DNA of 63,771 nucleotides, counting the filler, from Reclinomonas americana ATCC 50394 (taxonomy: Eukaryota), in the NCBI GenBank assembly GCA_048213135.1. It is 15 parts of 15 records of this genome, joined end to end, with 100 filler letters (N's around TTAATTAATTAA, not from the genome) between each part and the next. Parts side by side here need not be neighbours in the genome. Positions count along the whole stretch, not along the records: positions 18,019 to 20,478 come from AFZH01020590.1; positions 20,579 to 23,302 come from AFZH01020591.1; positions 23,403 to 28,788 come from AFZH01020592.1; positions 28,889 to 37,185 come from AFZH01020593.1; 11 more parts are not named here. The stretch is one strand, 5' to 3'. Shown here one piece after another: positions 20,405 through 34,700 of the stretch. Every line of letters starts with the position of its first letter. The first letter of the stretch is position 1. The notes beneath the pieces are model-generated. The model saw only the letters and a list, made by a program, of their open reading frames with translations, did not search any database and was not told the origin of the DNA. Both the position numbers and the translations under genes were made by a program.

Positions 20405-23016
20405 ATGTCCACCGCCTCCTCCTCTCACTCCGACTCCTCCTCCATCTCCGTCGCCGCCTCTTCCCCTCCTCAACCCCTNNNNNNNNNNNNNNNNNNNNNN
20501 NNNNNNNNNNNNNNNNNNNNNNTTAATTAATTAANNNNNNNNNNNNNNNNNNNNNNNNNNNNNNNNNNNNNNNNNNNNCCAACAACAACCCTCATGGAAC
20601 GTGCACGAGAGCATTGACGAGGCACTCTTCCGCGACGCCATGATCTCGCACACTGCCACACTCATCGACGAGCTGCTCTTTCAAGGCAAGAATGATAAGG
20701 CCGAGGCGTTTGCAAAGTTGGCGGTGGAGGAGGGCATCTTGTGGTGAGTGAGAGAAGAGAGAAGGGAGAGAGAGAGAAAGAGGAGTCACGCTCCTTGTCC
20801 TTCCACACACACACACGCACACACACATACACACACACACACTCACTCACTCACTCACTCTGCCAGAGTGCACCTTCGTCTGCATCTGAGTATCTTTGTC
20901 TGTGCGATTACTCTCGCACTCGACTTCCTCTCCCCTCAATCCTCCTTCTCCTCCCTCCTGCACTCCTTCCTCTCTCTTCCCTCCTGCACTCCTCCCTCTC
21001 TCTTGCCTCTCTCTCACTTCTCTCCCTTCGTCCTCAATGATCGCACTGAGTATCTTTGTGTCTCCTCCTTCGTTCCCCTCTCCCTCTTTCCTCCTTCCTG
21101 CACTCTCCTCCCCCCTCTCCTCCTTCCTTCACTCTCCTCTCTCCCTCTGCCTCTCTGCCTCTCTGTCTCTCACTGCCTCAGATGCGCGCACCTTCTCGCA
21201 TGCACATGCATGAATCCGGACGCTTTAATTATTGTTCCTCACCACCAATCACGCGATACAGGGACGCTGCGCAGCATCCATCGCTGCTCTTGTGGAGGCA
21301 AGTCGACATTGGCAATCATCAACCGTTTCTATTCATCTGCTCACTTCTTCTTCTTGTTTGTGTGGCAGTGGCTCACATGCACCGGTGTATCGCGCGGAGG
21401 AGCTGTCGTTTGTGACGCAACCACTGGAGGCCAACTACGACGACATTCGTGCCGAGTTTGAGGCGTTTGCACAAGCGGAGGCGCCGGGGCTGTTGGATCT
21501 GACGCAGGCGGATTCGGAGGCGGTGAAGAAGCTGCGCACGCCGGATCGGATCTACGATACTGGCAAGGGACGCTGGTCGCAGGTGCCGCTGTACATGTGG
21601 GGCGCGCCGTCGTTCCACACGCCGCGCTTCCCCAAGACCATGGCCGTGGTCGATGCGGTGTTGAAGGAGGCGCACAGGCATATGGGGTATGATGATTCGA
21701 TGTTGCCGCCGGGAGGTGAGCGTGGAAGGGGAATGAGGGAAGGAAGGAAAGGGACAGTCTTCTCTTCCTCGTTCCATTCAGTGCGCTTCCTTTTACTCTA
21801 ATAAGTCAAGAGGAGAGCATGAGAAGTACGATGTGATGATGTCTCGTCTCTCTTCTCTCGTTCATTTTCCCCGTTGGGAATGAGAGAACCTGGGAGGTGA
21901 CATCTCACATCCCTCTTTCGCTTGTCTTCCTTTTTTTCACGAGATCTTCTGTGGTTGACTCTCTCTGTTGGGAGAGCATGAGAACAAGAAGCACGAATGC
22001 TCTCCTCTTTCGTTCACTCGCCTCAACTTCCGTCCTTTGCTTTCCTTGGGGATGAAAGTGTAGCAGCGAGATGCATTTTTGTTCTCCCTCTTCTTCTCTC
22101 TCGTTTCTCATCTTTCTGCCCCGCCCTTCGCCTCGAGAGAAACCATGCGGCTCATCCAATCCCTCTCCCTTCTGGAATGCACGAGAAGCGAACACTTACA
22201 ACGCATTCTTTCCTTCTGCCCTTCCCCTTCTCACCCCCTTTCCCTTCCCCCTCTCGCGGCAGACTTCCCCGGCTTCCTCTACCCCGTCCCCGTGTTTGTC
22301 GGCTTCTCGGTCCTCTACCCCGGCACGGAGATCCGCCCGCACTGCGGCGTCACCAACTCCAAACTCCGCTGCCACCTCGGCGTCATTTGCACCGACAACG
22401 AGGCCGCGGCAGCACGAGGCGACCCACCCGCCTGCCGGCTGCTGTGCGGCGGCGAGGATGTGGTGTGGCGCGAGCGCAAGTGTGTGGTTTTTGATGACTC
22501 GTTTGAGCACGAGGTGTACCACCGCGGAGAGACGGCGCGAGTGGTGCTGATGGTCGACTTCCCGCCGCCGTCGCTCACGCGTCACGAGTCGGATCAGCTC
22601 GGATGGCGATCGGGTGTGATGGGGACTGGTGAGTGGGAGGGGAAGAGGGAGAGGAAGGGAGGGAGGGAGAGGGAGAGGGAGAACGAGACAGACAGACACA
22701 CAGACACACAGACACACGACGAACAGACAGAGAGGGGGCGAAGAAGGAGTGAGACAAAATGAAACTGACACGCTGAGAGAGAGAGAGAGAGAGAGAACGA
22801 CAAGCCGACAGACTGACACACACACACGCACACACATGCCCGCATAGTCATGCAGACAGAGAGACAGAGAAAACGCAGGCAGCCAAAAGACATGCAGACA
22901 GACAGGAACACGCACATTCACACGCTCTCACAAGCAAACAATTGGATAGAGAAACAGACAGACAGGCAATGAGTGACGAAGATGTTGAAAGACAGAAGAA
23001 ACTGGCACACTGAGAA

Positions 23017-23062
<46 letters not shown>

Positions 23063-23194
23063 GGAGAGGGAGAGACAGAAGACGGCAAACAGACAGACAC
23101 ATGACACACAGATTGACAGGAGGCGATGAGGAACAGAGACAGCATGGAACTGACACACTGAAAGTGAGAGAGAGAATGAAAAGCTGCCAGCCAG

Positions 23195-23274
<80 letters not shown>

Positions 23275-23498
23275 CTCTCTCCTCCTCTCTCGTCTACCGT
23301 ACNNNNNNNNNNNNNNNNNNNNNNNNNNNNNNNNNNNNNNNNNNNNTTAATTAATTAANNNNNNNNNNNNNNNNNNNNNNNNNNNNNNNNNNNNNNNNNN
23401 NNAGAGAGGACGAGAGACGAAGACGACGAACAGGAGACGACGTACGACACGACAGTAAGAGAGAAGAAGAGAAGAAGAAGAACGACGACGACGACGAC

Positions 23499-23579
<81 letters not shown>

Positions 23580-23913
23580 CTCTCTCCTTCCCATTCCCCT
23601 TTTCCTCCCCCTCACCCTTCCCCCCTTCCCCCCTTCTCCCCCTCTCCTTTCCCTCATCGCAGGCACCCTCACCGGCCGCTCCATCGCCTACCTCAAGAGC
23701 AACGACTTCGCGGCGGCCGTCCAGCGCGGCACCAACAAGGACGAGTGGTACCTGCACCCAACGGCCCCACTGCGCGACACCATCCAAATGTTCAACGGCG
23801 ACGCCGAGTCCACACGCTTCGCCAGCATGTCGCTGAATCGCAATGCGATGCTGCTGGCCGACACCAAGAGGCACGAGATTGTGTACGTGAGGAGGGAGGC
23901 GTTGACGTTGTGA
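20405..23913 (+). CDS. Aspartyl/asparaginyl beta-hydroxylase-like 2OG-Fe(II) dioxygenase; multi-exon, crosses two gaps
   Basis: Motifs LEANYDDIRAEF, GRWSQVPLY, FPKT, FSVLYPGTEIRPHCGVTNSKLRCHLG and WRERKCVVFDDSFEHEVYH...RVVLMVDF (the Asp_Arg_Hydrox signature). The start and last exon are less certain. Confidence 0.85.
23197..23577. repeat. (CA)n microsatellites flanking gap 23303-23402
   Basis: Two pure CA runs of ~75 bp each. Confidence 0.95.
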
Positions 23914-23960
23914 TGCGGCGCAGCTACAGTGCATGCATGCTACATATATTGTATTGTATT

Positions 23961-26900
23961 TCACACCGCCTCGCTCCCCGTGACTTCAGCAGCCTCCGCT
24001 TTCCTCAACCCCAGCACACTCTCGGCGAGCCAGCGCACAAATGCGGCCGACAGCGCCTTGTGTGATTGCATGCCCGCAGGCTCCGGCACCGGAGCACCCA
24101 GCGGCAGCGCCACACCCACTGCCGAGTCCATCAGTCGACTCATCACGTGCAGGACACGCGCGTCTGCCATCGACCCCGCCTTGGCGGTGAACACCAGTGG
24201 GTATCGCGCCCACCGATCGGCACCGCTGCCTTCTCCACCACCACCAGCTGGAGGCGGCAGCACAATGCCATCTTGCAGGTACGCTTCCGGTGAATCGAAT
24301 TGCAAAATCACTGGGAGGGATGGGAAGGGAAGGAGTGAGTGATGCGCTCGAATCGAGGTCGAGTTTTGACTCGCGTCAAACCATCATCGTCGTCCTCCCG
24401 CCAAAAGTCGCCGCTGACCAGCTTCTTGGTCGTCACCGCCACATTCTGTTCACATACACGTGAGAAGTGGATGCTTCAAGGCAAGTCCTTGATTTGTCGT
24501 GCACACTCACCGGGATCGCCGCGACGGCTGGTGAATCGGCTCCATTGCGCTGCTGCACGGCCACCAGCAGCTTGCGCAATTGCGCGCACAGATCGCTGAC
24601 CAAGAATGCAGGGACGTACTTGAGGCCGACAGTGAGCTGCGCCTCCCTTGTCAGCAATGCAAAGTGACAAGAGGGCGGGGCCAAACAACGCAACATTGTG
24701 TACAGTTTGTGTTCCGGTGCCTGTCGGCAACGGCTTCTGCGCACTCCAATGCAACGAATACAACAGCGCAATGTGTGCGCTGGCTCGCCAGGCGCGCCGC
24801 GTATTCACTAACACACACAAATGAGTCCTTCCATCTTCACCCACTTGGCACGGATAACTCCATACCTGCTGGCACCTCCACGGGCCACTCGCCGTGCGTG
24901 CACAGATCGTCGAGCGACACCCATGACGACACCAAGAATGCATCGCTGAGTCCGGCCATGGTGGTCTGGCCTGTAGGCACCTCGGCCAGCAGGCACTCGG
25001 CGCGGTACGGTGCAAACGACTCGCGCAAGAACGAGTGCACCTGCAACAGCTTGCGCTCCACCACCACCCGCTGCGCCGGCCACAGCGACGCCGACAGCTC
25101 GCCCATCAGCGACACAAAATACAACAGCACGCCCAGGATTGTGAGACACTCGGCCTCCTGCGGCACTGCCGTGGATCCAATGACAGAGCCGCGTGTGCGC
25201 ATCGAATTCTGGTGAGCCTCGATCAGTGCCTCACGGCAAAAGGCCGGCAGTCTGCGACAGAGAGAGAATGAGCTCGACTGGTTGTTTGATGTGCGTGCTT
25301 CGCCGACACTCACGTCTTGAGATCGGCTGGCGCTCGCGCCGCCAAGTCGTGAGTGTACATGGTGAGCCGGTTGTACATTTCGGTGACACTGCAGTAAGTG
25401 TGAGCACAGAGAGCCAGCAAGAGTTGTCAGCAGAATCGAGTCGTACCTCTGTGCAAGCCGCAAAAAGTGCGTGGCGCGCGGCAGGTCTGCCGCACCATAG
25501 TGCAGTGCGAGCTCGCTCAACGCCGTGCGAATCAGCGGATGAGCATGCGCACCATCAACAATGGTCACACCCAGCGCCTGCGCATCACAGTCAGTATCTC
25601 CACCGCTTGCAGCACTGTTGATTATGCGAACGCACCCTCATCAACAGGTGCACCACCGGCGTCTCCGCCAGCGTGTCCATTCCGACCTCAATCGGAGGAG
25701 CCTCTGGCACATCGCCGGCACCAGCTGCCGCCTCATCACCCGGCTTCTTCGCTCCCTTGGCGGCCGCCGCTGGTGCCGGTGGCTTCTTTGGAGCCTTGTC
25801 GGGCTTCGCACCAGCTGCCGGCGCTGCAGCTGCTGCTGCTGCCGCCGCCGCACTGTCAGCACCAGCCGCATCAGCATCGGAAACGGCGCCAGGTCGCGAC
25901 ACAGTGCCACCCCACTGCATCTTCAACACGTCTACCGGCACGAGGCGCTTGCGATAGAGTCGTGCCAGCAGCAGCATGCTCTCTACCACAGTCGCTGGTG
26001 ACAGGCAGGGACACTGCGAATGGAAGGAAATGTCAGACAAAGCGAGAAGGGCTGGGGAGTCCTCGCATGCAACACTTCAGCAGTCATCTTTTTCATCTTT
26101 CTTCTCTCACGTGCACTTCTCTCGCGTTTCACCTACGCGTGTTTTTACTTTCTCTCTTCCCTTTCTTGCTCCAGTTGTCACAGCTCTGCCTTGGTAACCT
26201 TGTTCATCTTCCTCTCCTCTGCACCGCTGCTCTTTTGCCTGACTTGTTCTTGATCCTCGTTTTGTGCTATTCCTCTCAGAATTCCCATGTATCCTTCTCA
26301 TCCTCATCTTTTCCTCCACCCTCTTTTCTCTTTTTCGTCCCTTCCCACCCTTTCTCCCTATCACAACATTTTCTCACTCCTCCTCCATCTCTATCACATC
26401 TTCCACTCCACCTCAGCCCACCCTCCCACTCTTCATATTCTGCACCCTCCTCCTCCTCCTCCACCTTTTTCAACAACATCTTCACGTCATCCTCCACCAC
26501 CATCTTCTTCTTCTTTCTATTTCACATCTTGCGCTCCACCTCGGCCTTCTCCTTATCCCTCTTCTCCCCCTTTCCCCCTTTCCACCTTGCCCCCTTTCCC
26601 CCTTCCCCCCTTTCCCCCTTCCCCTCTTTCCCCCTTCCCCCCTCAAGACTCACCCTCGACACCAATCGCATGGCCGACTCCAACACACCAATGGCCTCCG
26701 GGTGTCGATCGACGCGCACCAATGCCAACGCCAGGCGGTACTTGATGAGCAAAAAGTCGTCCAAGTGCGTCAAGTACCAGTTCCACCGTTGCGGATCCTG
26801 CAGCGCAGATGAGTGTTCCCCCGATCCACAATATGCGTGCGAAGAAACTCCACCAACCAGTTCATCGACATCCAATCCCACGAGGGTCATGTACCGCGCG

Positions 26901-28752
26901 GCAAGTCGCTCTCCCTCGCGCAGCATGTCCGCCACCTGCTGATCCGACATCGTCGACGCAGCCGAATTCTTCACAGCGTGCATATTGATCTCGAGGGCCA
27001 GTGCACCAGTGGCGGCGGCCACGGCACTCGCCGTCGTACCCGACCAATCGGCAGCCGCAGCCTGTGGAATGGCATGTCAGCTGAACCCATCAAAAACAAC
27101 ATTTCATGCACAAAAAAAAAACACGCAACAGCAGCAAAGAGTGGCTGCATTCGCGACATGGCCGCGCCGGCCCCTGCCACGCGAGCGTGCGCCACACACC
27201 AAATGCACTCGAATTCCACCCGGGCAGCCTCGAAGCGAGCCATCTCACACTCCTAACGTACACGTCAGCACAGAAGCACACATGACACACTCCACCTCCT
27301 GCTACTCCCGACGCACCTTCATCACCATGGTGCACAACTCGGCGCACTCACCAAAGCGCTGCTGCGACAGCAGTGCTGTCGTGTACAGACGCATGCAATC
27401 CGCGTACACACCTCCGCCGAGGAACAGCGCACTTTCCTCGGCCGCCACGGACGCAGGCACGTCTTGCTCGCGCCCAGCCGACACCTGCCGCATCGTGTCG
27501 ACGGCTTTCTGCAGCTCGCGCAGAGTCTGCGTGGCGGGAAACAGTCAGCACTCAAATGAGGAAAACATCATGAGACTCAAAGACGATTGCAAACCGCTGA
27601 GTGCTGCCCTTGCGCAAACAACAGTGCGGCACGCAGTCGGGCCGTATGCGCCGCCGTAAACAGGCTCACCGGCGATCCTGCACACCAATTGTCACAATCG
27701 CAGTGCAACCACTCGCGACAATGACTGCCAGCACAAACCTGCCGGATTCATCACACCCAGCTGCACCGCACCGACGCTGTCCAACACGCTGCCGGCAAAT
27801 GTCACCCACTGTGCCACGGCCTTGCGGTCGGCGTCGCGCGAAGGCCATCTGTGACCGCAAAATAACGTCAGCAGGTTGAGGGAAGAAACAAGCACAACAG
27901 AGTGACGCACGTGTCGGGAGAGAGTGCCAGTACAGCAAACGGTCGCATTGCAGACAAGGACAGCTCGGTCAGCGCCACGCGCAGCAGTACGTGACACAGA
28001 GGTGTGAAATCACGCGACACGTCATCCTGTGTGTGCGAGGAATAAACGTCAGCATGCACATCTTCTTTTCCTCCCACATGCACAACACTTGCCTTGTTCC
28101 ACCGATCTCTGATGAATGTCAGGAATCGCTGATTGCCCTCGTGAGCCAGCGAGACACTCGAGTCGAACTGCGGCTCCAGCGCCAAGAATGCAGGCACATT
28201 GTCTGACGTGCACACAGAAAATCAGTGACCGATCGACGGAAACCCCACTCTGACGCACAGCAGCACGACTCACCCTTCCTCAACGCTCCCAGGCGCGGTG
28301 CATCGGAGCCCTGCAGCACCTGCAGCAGCACCCGCGACGCCTCACGCAAGCGACCCAGGCGCGCCAAGGCCATCACTTTCAGCAATCGACATTCGGTCAC
28401 CAGTGTCGCACTGCGGAACACGCGCATGGCGAGGTACTCGAAGATCGCGCACACTGGCGGCGCGTACACAGCCGTCCGCTCGGACTGGCAGAGCACAAAG
28501 CTCGCGTGGCGCACACTGTCCAGAAGGGCACCAGTGTTTATCCTGCAAGGGAAGACGAGTTCAGCGACCGTGCTCACCAAAGAAATGCATCTACATCTGC
28601 CACACTCCAGTACATCAAACACATCTCCAGCATGCACAAGGCATCCATTCTCTCTTTCTCTCTGTTGCATGGATAACTTAACACAGTCCGTATCTGTGCT
28701 CTTCGTCCACTCTTCCTCCCTTCTCACGCACAAATCGCCTGCCTTTCGCGCT

Positions 28753-28788
<36 letters not shown>

Positions 28789-31700
28789 NNNNNNNNNNNN
28801 NNNNNNNNNNNNNNNNNNNNNNNNNNNNNNNNTTAATTAATTAANNNNNNNNNNNNNNNNNNNNNNNNNNNNNNNNNNNNNNNNNNNNCTCTCTCTTCCT
28901 TACTCACATTCTCACACTCCTTTGCCACATCTCTCTCTTCTTTGTCCACGCTACCTGTTATGCGCTGCATTCTTCCTCCTCTCTCTCTCTCACACACATT
29001 TGCTTTCGAACTCACTGTCTCTTTCTCTCTCCCCTGCCTCACGTTCTTACAGAGTTTGTTCTCTGTATTGCATTTTCCGAGTCTCTCTCGCTGCATCCTT
29101 CCCAATTCCTCCTCTCATCTCGAGAGTGTGTCACTCCCCTCCAACTCTACTTCCTCGTCCAGCACATTACACCCCGACAGCAAACATTTTGCACCATCCT
29201 CTCTCACTTTCCCTTCCCCTCTCTCCCTCCATCCTTTCCGCGATTTCTCTTCGTAATCTTTCTTCTATTTCTCATATAGTCTTCCTCTCCTGATCCTCTC
29301 ACTCCGCCGCTCCCTCTTGGTCTCTTCCCCCTTTCCCCCTCTCCTCTCCCCCTTTCCCTCTTTGCCCCCTTTCCCTCATTGCCCCCTTTCCCTTACCCCT
29401 CCCCTTTCCCTCCCTCATTGCCCCCTATCCTTCCCCTTTTCTTTTCTCACCTGGACATGGAATGCACCAAATCATCCGGCACCGTCACCCTCTGCATCAA
29501 CACCCCGCCCGCATCCACCGACCGGAACGGGTGCGTTGAACCGTTGGTCGCCAACAGCGACGAGCACAGCGCCGACTGCAACACGCACAGCGACACGGCT
29601 CGCTGCTGACTCTCCGGACACACGTACTTGGCCAGCTTGCCACACAATACCACGCCACCCACACATCGCTCGGCGCTAATCTTCTCCACCACCGAGTACC
29701 CCACATGACCACTGGACTGGCTCTCGAACTCGGCAAGCAACTGCTGCCAGCTGGCGGGAGCGTCCACGGTCTGGAACACGGCATCGACGGCGTCGGCGTA
29801 CACGGCGCGTGCCTTGTCTGTGATACCGTGCGCCATCAAAAAGTCGCCATACTCGTTCATCAGCGTCGTCAGCAGCGAGAAGTCGCCCTTGTTGCGCACG
29901 AATTCCGAGGCCTCGTCGTAGAGCAGGCACACACTCTGCGAGATGCGAGATAACACACGGTGGGGTGGTGAGCAATGGTCAGTGGTTGTGGTGCATATTG
30001 AGCGAGAACTGCACCTTGAGAGTGGTGTTCACTGGCTCGTCGGCCAGCGGAATGCTGCGATCCACCTTCAACACCTCGGCGTGTTGCAGTAGGAAGCGCG
30101 AGAGCTCGAGACGCGAGCGATCCACCTTCTGAATGACCTTGGGCTGGTCACGGCGAGCGCGCAACAAAATGTCCTCGGCCGCCGTGCAGTCGTCGCCGCG
30201 ATACTGCAGCGCGACCACCACAAAGGGCATGACCGAGGTGGCGAATGCGTGCTCCGTGTGCGAGTCGAACAGAGTGCCGTACTGCACCAGGCGATGGCTG
30301 GAGGGCAGGTGAATCAAGAGGCCTGCAATTTTTGTACACAAATGAGCAACGATAATGGAAACATAGACAGGCTCCTCGTCCTCTCTTACCTGTCATGCAC
30401 AGCACCACCATCTCAGCCAGCCACTCCCCAGTGAGGACGAGCGTATCACGGTTGCCTGCACTCGCCAGCACCTCTGTCAGCGTGCGCAAGATGCGCGCCA
30501 GGATCGGAGCCGCCTCGCCATGTCGCTCCGGATTGCGCACCAGCCAGGTGTCCATCAGATTGCGTGCCAGCACCAAGCCCTGTTGCAGCAGGAGGGGCGC
30601 CGAGGCACGAGCCGCCAACTCCACCGACTGCGCAAAGCGATCGAGAGCCGCCAGCACAGGATTGCCAGTCACCGTGGCCGCCACCGACGACGCACCCGCG
30701 CCAGTGGCCGCCGCGGACGACACCACCGACGCACCCTCGTTCGGCGGCAACTCGGCGACAGGGGCCGGTGAAGGTGCGGCAGCTCGCTTCCGACGCACAT
30801 ACGTCAGCACAGCCTCCGAGTGCACGTACGGAAGCTGCAGAGCTGCACTCCAGAACCAGTTCTTCTGCGCGTCTTCGTAGCCGTCTTGCAGCTCCTGACG
30901 ACGACGCTCCCGCTGTTCAGTCTCCACGCGAATCTCTTCCTCGGACTTGGCTGGCGGCTGAGGAGCCTTCTTTCCACCTGCAGATGGAGAGACATGAGGT
31001 GAGTGACAAAGAAACACACTGGCAAGAACATAAAAGAGCCAAAACCTTTGGCTCCAGCTCCAGCCGCGGCGGCAGCAGCAGCGGCTGCGGCAGCCTCCTG
31101 TTCGGCCTGGAAGGCTGCCTCGGGCGACGGAGGTGGCGCATTCGGCGCCTCGGTGATGCGCAGTTGTGCGCACAATCCGCGAAGTTGCTTGATCTACAAC
31201 AACCCGTATTCGTATGAGACACATACTTGGAGCACGCAGTAGCAACCGACAACGTCTCTCACCAGTGCGCGATACACATTGTCTTGCGCCGCCAGAGCCG
31301 CATTAAACTTGATGTTGGCGCGTCGTTCTGTCAAGGAGCGGAACCACAGCTGCAACTTGCTTGCCGCCTTGCTCTTGGCGGCCGCCTCCAGCGCCTCTGG
31401 CGACTCATCCACCTCGGACACAACCGATGCGGGGCCCTTTTTGCCACCAGCGGCCTTGGCAGGAGCCGCTGGTGCGGCGGCGGCGGCGCCCTTCTTGCCA
31501 CCCTTGACATTGTCGACGGGCGGAGGGGCCTCCTCGCGAGCGGCCGTCAGTGAGACATTGGTGGGACGACGACGAGCCGACATCATGTCCTCAAAGGCCT
31601 GTGCCTGTGTCTCGCACTGCTCCAACTGGCCAGCCATGAGTTGCAGCTCCAGCACAAAGACGGACATGCGCCCAAACACGCGTGCGTCGTTGGCGGCGTT

Positions 31701-34700
31701 GCTGCACTCGGTGATGGCCGCACCCAGATTGCTCTCACTGGACTTGACAAACGTCATGTCGCGCTTGGAGGCAAAGTCGCGCGGGGTGGCGAACTCCACC
31801 CACGCCGCACGTGTTCGCGTATTTGTCAGCAGCGACCACTCCAGATTGATGAGCTCGGGCACGAGACAGGCGCGACGGATGCCCTCAACATCTGGAGATG
31901 AATGGTGGGCTGATGAGCACAGAGAGAAAAAGTGCAGCGGGTGAGAAGTTGTTTGCACGCACCGAGCGCAGGGTCGGCGGTTGGCTTGTTGACGGCGAAA
32001 ATCGCCTGCATCACATGGCAAGCGATTTCCACCGCACGACGAACCATCGCAGTCTGCGAGAGAGAATGCAAGAGCGACAGAGTGAGCGCACAAGGAAGGA
32101 AGGGAGTGAAAGGGAGGAATGAACTCACCTCGCCGATAGAGGCTGCGCTATTCGTGGCATGGAAGAGCAGACTGGCGACGACTTGCTGGGCCGCAGGCGA
32201 CGACAAGCTGGCGCTCTCTGTCACAAACAGAGTCTCGCAAGCAACGTGGCAAAAAGGTTGAGTCAAGGGGAACGAGACGGCGATTGGAGAAAGACAGCAG
32301 ATGGAGCATGTGACAGAAAGGATATCAGAAGCAGTTCGGCCAGCTCGAACGGCGGTGACGGCAGTTGCAGAGTGGGATTGAGCACGTCCAGTAGCAGTCC
32401 CAGTGCTTCGAGATTCAGGTCGTCGTACTCGCCCACGCACGCCAGCTGCGCAGCCATGAACACATGTTCCACAGCTGCCAAGCGCGAAAACTGCTCGCGA
32501 GTGAGGTTGCTCCCAGATGGTCTCTCCAGAAGCCTCTCCTGCACATGACGAGCAGGAGTCGGTTGCGAGCACAAGCAACAAAATGACATCGGTCACTCGC
32601 TGCTCACCGTGAGTGACGCGTACTGCAGACGGGCGCTGCAGAGCAGTGCGTCGGTGACAGTGCGCAACACGGCGCTCGGCACCGTCAAGCAGACGCTCTG
32701 ATCGAGGGCGGTGCGCGTGAGCACCGACGCTTGCCAACCAGGCTGCGAAAAACAACGAGGTGTCAGTCAGCTGATGAGAGCCAAGCGCACACGGATGCCT
32801 CAGCATGCCTTTCGATGTTTCTTTGACAAGAATGGAGCCATGGCATCGCGGAGACAGGCAGTAGTGAAGTCCACGTGGTCCGTCTTGATCCGCGACGCAC
32901 CAGCCTGGTTGACGGGATGCACTCGAGACTGTGCAACAGACAAGGGGAAAGAAAGATGAGTGCGTTGTAGCACAGTGCGTGCACGCATCCGAAGATCACA
33001 CTCACCAGCTGCTGCTGTGGCTGTGAGGTTGCGGCGGCGGCCGACGTCTGCACGCAATTATCAGCGCAAGGCACACAGGGGTGAATACGATGATTTAAGG
33101 AGACAGACGAAACCTCGCCCTTGCCGCGCAGTGGCTGCGCAGCAGTGGATGTGAGGCACAGGGCGTACGCCGTCTGTGCGGCGTATGAATACAGCAGCGG
33201 GAGCGGCAGTGTGTGTGCGCTCAGCAGTGCTGGAGTGGGTGTGCACAACGGGCCCAGTGCGTCGCCTACCATCGATGCGGTGAGTTATAGTAAACGCTCT
33301 CACAAGTCGCCCGCCACTGCTCACCTGCGCCATTCAGCAAGACGCCCGCAAAGATATGTCGCTCGGCGGCAGCCAAACTCGAGGCACGAATCTTGAATGA
33401 AAGACAGTGAGCAACTCAACGTGATGATGCACACGATAGCTGCGCCACGTCGTCTCCCCGACGCAACTGGCTCACTCACGGGCACGGGCGTGCCGGTGCC
33501 CGGCACCAGACGATCGTTCATGGAGATGACATTGCCGAGAGACAGGTTCTTGCCGTAGAGTACCCAATACTTGGCCGCCGGGTCACGAGTGTGAACGCGC
33601 AACGTGACATGACTGGAGCCCTTGGAGACCAGCTGCAACACCAGTGGCGTGCGACCGAGAACCCCGTTTGTCGGTGTTCGGGTCACTGTGAGGTGGAATC
33701 AGCAAATATGTGAGGCATGACGCGCGGTCAGCGTCGGAGGCCACGCAACGCTCGAATACTTCAGCTTCCTCCGCCTCCGCACGCGCAATCGCGGCCACCG
33801 CCTTTTGCAGCAATTGTGCTTGCGCCTCGCCTTGTACGCGGTACTTGGCCATCTCCAGGTACAACAGCGACAGCACGTACGGATTGTTGGCGTGCTCTTG
33901 CTCCAGCCGGACCTCGGTCTGCACGCATGGTCAATACCATAGTTCACATAATGCACTCTTTTTCTTGCGCACGCAACTTGAGTCGGTACAGTTGGTGGTG
34001 ACACTGCCTGCTCTGACAGGTGCGCCTTGGTCTCGTACGGAATCTTGCGAGTGGCATCCGGTTGCGCCATCTTCTCCGCGACGCGTCGCTGGTGCTGTTG
34101 ACGCAACTCCGCCAGTCCTTGTTTCTGCGAGGCGCCGATCACGTCAATTACAGAAAAGGGTAGAGGAACAATGTTAATATCGTCAACACGCGCACCAGCT
34201 CCAAGCGGAACGAGTTGATCCACAAATCAGCGTGCAGACACGCAATATTCTGCGCAAGTCCTGTGCCCGTCAGCGGTGTGTACCTGCGAAAGTGGCAGAG
34301 TGAGTTGCTGCGTTCATCTTTGCTTGCATTGTCACGTCGCAAGATACGCAACAGTTCACGATACTTTGGTTGAAGCGACGGCAGCGCAGTGACAGTGGAC
34401 ACGTTCTGCGTGCACTGCTCGCCCATGCGTTGCGAGAAGCGGTCGCGATAATCATCAACGACAGCTCGAGCTGTGGACACGGCCTGCATGGGACGAGCGA
34501 GGGTTGGGTTGCTGTACACCAACTCCCGCAAAACAACAACAAGTCACGCACCGACAGCGCTTGCTTGAAATCGCCACGCTCCTCCAACAGGAACGCCAGT
34601 TGCAGCGACACCACCGAGATGAGTTCGGGGTCCAGGCGCAGCGAGGCGCTGAGACCCTCCACGGCCGCGCGCAGCAAGCACACACAGGCACCGTGTGCAG

